Source: Antedon mediterranea (Eukaryota > Animalia > Echinodermata). From it: 64,000 nucleotides of DNA. Below the pieces are notes generated by a model that saw only the letters and a program-made list of their open reading frames with translations, searched no databases and was not told the DNA's origin. Positions 61,894 to 64,000 of this stretch are shown here, in pieces. Each line of letters begins with the position of its first letter. Positions within the stretch are counted from its first letter, which is position 1. The stretch lies in the NCBI RefSeq assembly GCF_964355755.1, contig NC_092680.1, positions 3,596,001-3,660,000 of the forward strand, in the 5' to 3' direction. Both the position numbers and the translations under genes were made by a program.

Positions 61894-64000
61894 ATGACGC
61901 ATTTTCCAACAAAAAATATAGATAGGAGCACTTCTGGAGTCGGTGCGTAATAAACTTACAAGTTGTATGTTGTAGTTAATATCAGTTAAATCAATATTTC
62001 ACTCCTACTTTTGGCTTTCTTCTAATGCCATCTGTCCCACAATTATTGATGACTTTTGATTACTATAAACTTGCAGTCACTATACGAATACTGACAAGTT
62101 TGTCATTTAAAATGTCCTGGTTGCCAACAAGATTGTGTTTTATTTAATGCGACACTTTTTCAATTTCAGGCTCGTATATGGACGGTGTACAGTTGAGGAT
62201 AGGGGAACGTTTCAAGCAGTCACAACGAATAACACTACCAATAAATTATATAGAAAGAAATGCTAATAATAATGATTTTTCCAGATTTGAGGTAAGTCTT
62301 TGAAAAACCCAGTTTGTAAAATAACTGGCTTAGGCTTCCTTCATGATAATAGGGAGATTTATGAGAGTATCATGGTATTTAAATCGTCCACCTCTGGTAG
62401 TACAGGAGTAAGTTTGTCAAAGCAGAAATTACAGGTATATTAATATTCTACACATTTTAGTAGGATTAATTAATTACTATTATAACATCTTTGTATATAC
62501 CAAAAACGGTAAATCTTTTCAATTATCAATTTCAGTATAATTTTGAATTGGAGAACAGTGTTCTGAGAAAAGCTGAAGAAAGACGTTTGCAAGAGGAACA
62601 AAATAAATTAAAAGAAAAACAAAAAATAGCTCTTCAAAGTGAAATGAACAATGCAAATTCCGAGGTTAAATCTGTATCCAATGAAAATGGACAAAGAGCA
62701 GAAGCAGGGTCACATCAGGTATCAAATGGACTTGCACAAGAACCAGTTTTGATGATCCAACCAAGGCCAGCTATGCTAGGCATGGACATACTTACGCCCA
62801 CCCCTCTTGCTAATGCGGCTAATGCGCCAAAAACTACGGTCTTTGAGAAGCCGTTAATAGATCTAGCAGATTTTGAAAGTAGAGCAACGGACCCATTTGA
62901 AATGACTGAATTGAAAACGCTTAATGATATGGAAGAACTCAGAAGCGTTCTTGAGCAGACTCTTCCAACTTCAGATACTACGTTGGCAAATGATACGCAG
63001 CCAACACGGCAGGGAAGGCAGGAGGAAGAACACACAACTGAGAGTGAATTGGTAGTGGAACCAATCCACAATAATGTAGATCAAGCTCCGCAATACACTA
63101 TACCAGTAGAGATGAACACATCTGGTGAGGCCAATGGTGGCATGATGAACTACCCAGCAGCATCCACCACACCATATCCAATCTTGCAGAATCCTTCGCA
63201 ACAAACATCCAATACTCCTGCGTATGTCTACAAAGAGGATTCATTTGCCAGAAGAACCCCGCTTCCGCCAATTTCTCCCAATTGTCAAAATTATGCTGAT
63301 ACTTATCAAGACCCAGATATTGAAGATGATAAATATATTATAAATTTTAATAGAACTGGTATGTCTACAACAAGTAATATAGACTCAGTTAGTTGCAGAG
63401 CTGGAACGTCAATGGGAGTAGTTGAGGTGCCACCCAGCTTTCCAATGGTAAGTTTAGTATTCATCGCCTAGGTTGGATTTAAGCTGGAGCTTTCCAGAAC
63501 ATTATTCTGTACTCTGGCATATATTTGGCTACATCTAACATTTACTTGTAAGCTTAATTTGTGGCAAGCCCAGAGCACAACACCGATCATTATCTAATCA
63601 TCAAACAAAAAATGGGCTGGCCTACATTACAATTACAAAAATTCTATCAATTATTTACTCACTGGAAAATGTGTACACATGCATTATCGGAATATACATA
63701 TATTTTTTCCTTTAAAAAATTCCAGATTGGTTTTTTTTCTTGATCTATGTAAATAATACAGAATCTGATCATTTAATATAACATTCTGTTTTCCTTTTTT
63801 CTGCTATAAATTTTGATTGACATTTTTATTTCATATAGAATCTTAATAAATACTCCTGTTTACCACCTAAATCAGCAAGCCCTGCTTTACAATCAGACGA
63901 TCCACAACAACACCCACTATTTATGTCGCTAGACACTGAAAAACAACACTTTGTAAAGTCAATAGCAGCGATGGGCTTTCCTCTACTACGAGTGGCCAAG
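61894..64000 (+). CDS. UBAP1: Ubiquitin-associated protein 1 (ESCRT-I subunit), 5' part; runs off the window
   Basis: Exons 61894-61942, 62170-62291, 62536-63447, 63839->64000. UMA domain SYMDGVQLRIGERFK..ITLP..YNFELE; central IDLADFESRATDPFEMTELKTLNDMEELRSVL (human [31 protein letters not shown]); start of UBA-like SOUBA region (VKSIAAMGFP). Confidence 0.9.

Noticed and set aside
62715-63204. Antisense ORFs within the large UBAP1 exon
   Set aside because: Shadow frames of the coding strand.

Overview
AT-rich, intron-dense eukaryotic (invertebrate animal, probably deuterostome) genomic DNA; all gene models below were spliced by hand. Seven protein-coding genes: (1) an ST6GalNAc I/II-type GT29 sialyltransferase on the minus strand (15690->770) with a second, intact, diverged copy of its catalytic last exon (12-182); (2,3) two tandem 5-exon STARD4/5/6-like START-domain genes; (4) MRPS27 (10 exons, one GC-AG intron); (5) a ~42-exon TTC37/SKIC3 (Ski3) gene on the minus strand; (6) an unrecognised small type-I membrane glycoprotein built from phase-1 micro-exons, with a recent internal duplication in which one exon copy carries an in-frame stop; (7) the 5' part of UBAP1. 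Introns hold many non-autonomous transposons (about 20 Harbinger-type MITEs, TTAA-targeting Kolobok-like, hAT, MULE-like, Tc1/mariner and Helentron-type elements), Deu-domain and other tRNA-derived SINEs, several minisatellites, and a dispersed repeat with a minimal hammerhead-ribozyme motif. Most small ORFs in the supplied track are spurious or are exon fragments. No rRNA, intact tRNA or CRISPR array was found.
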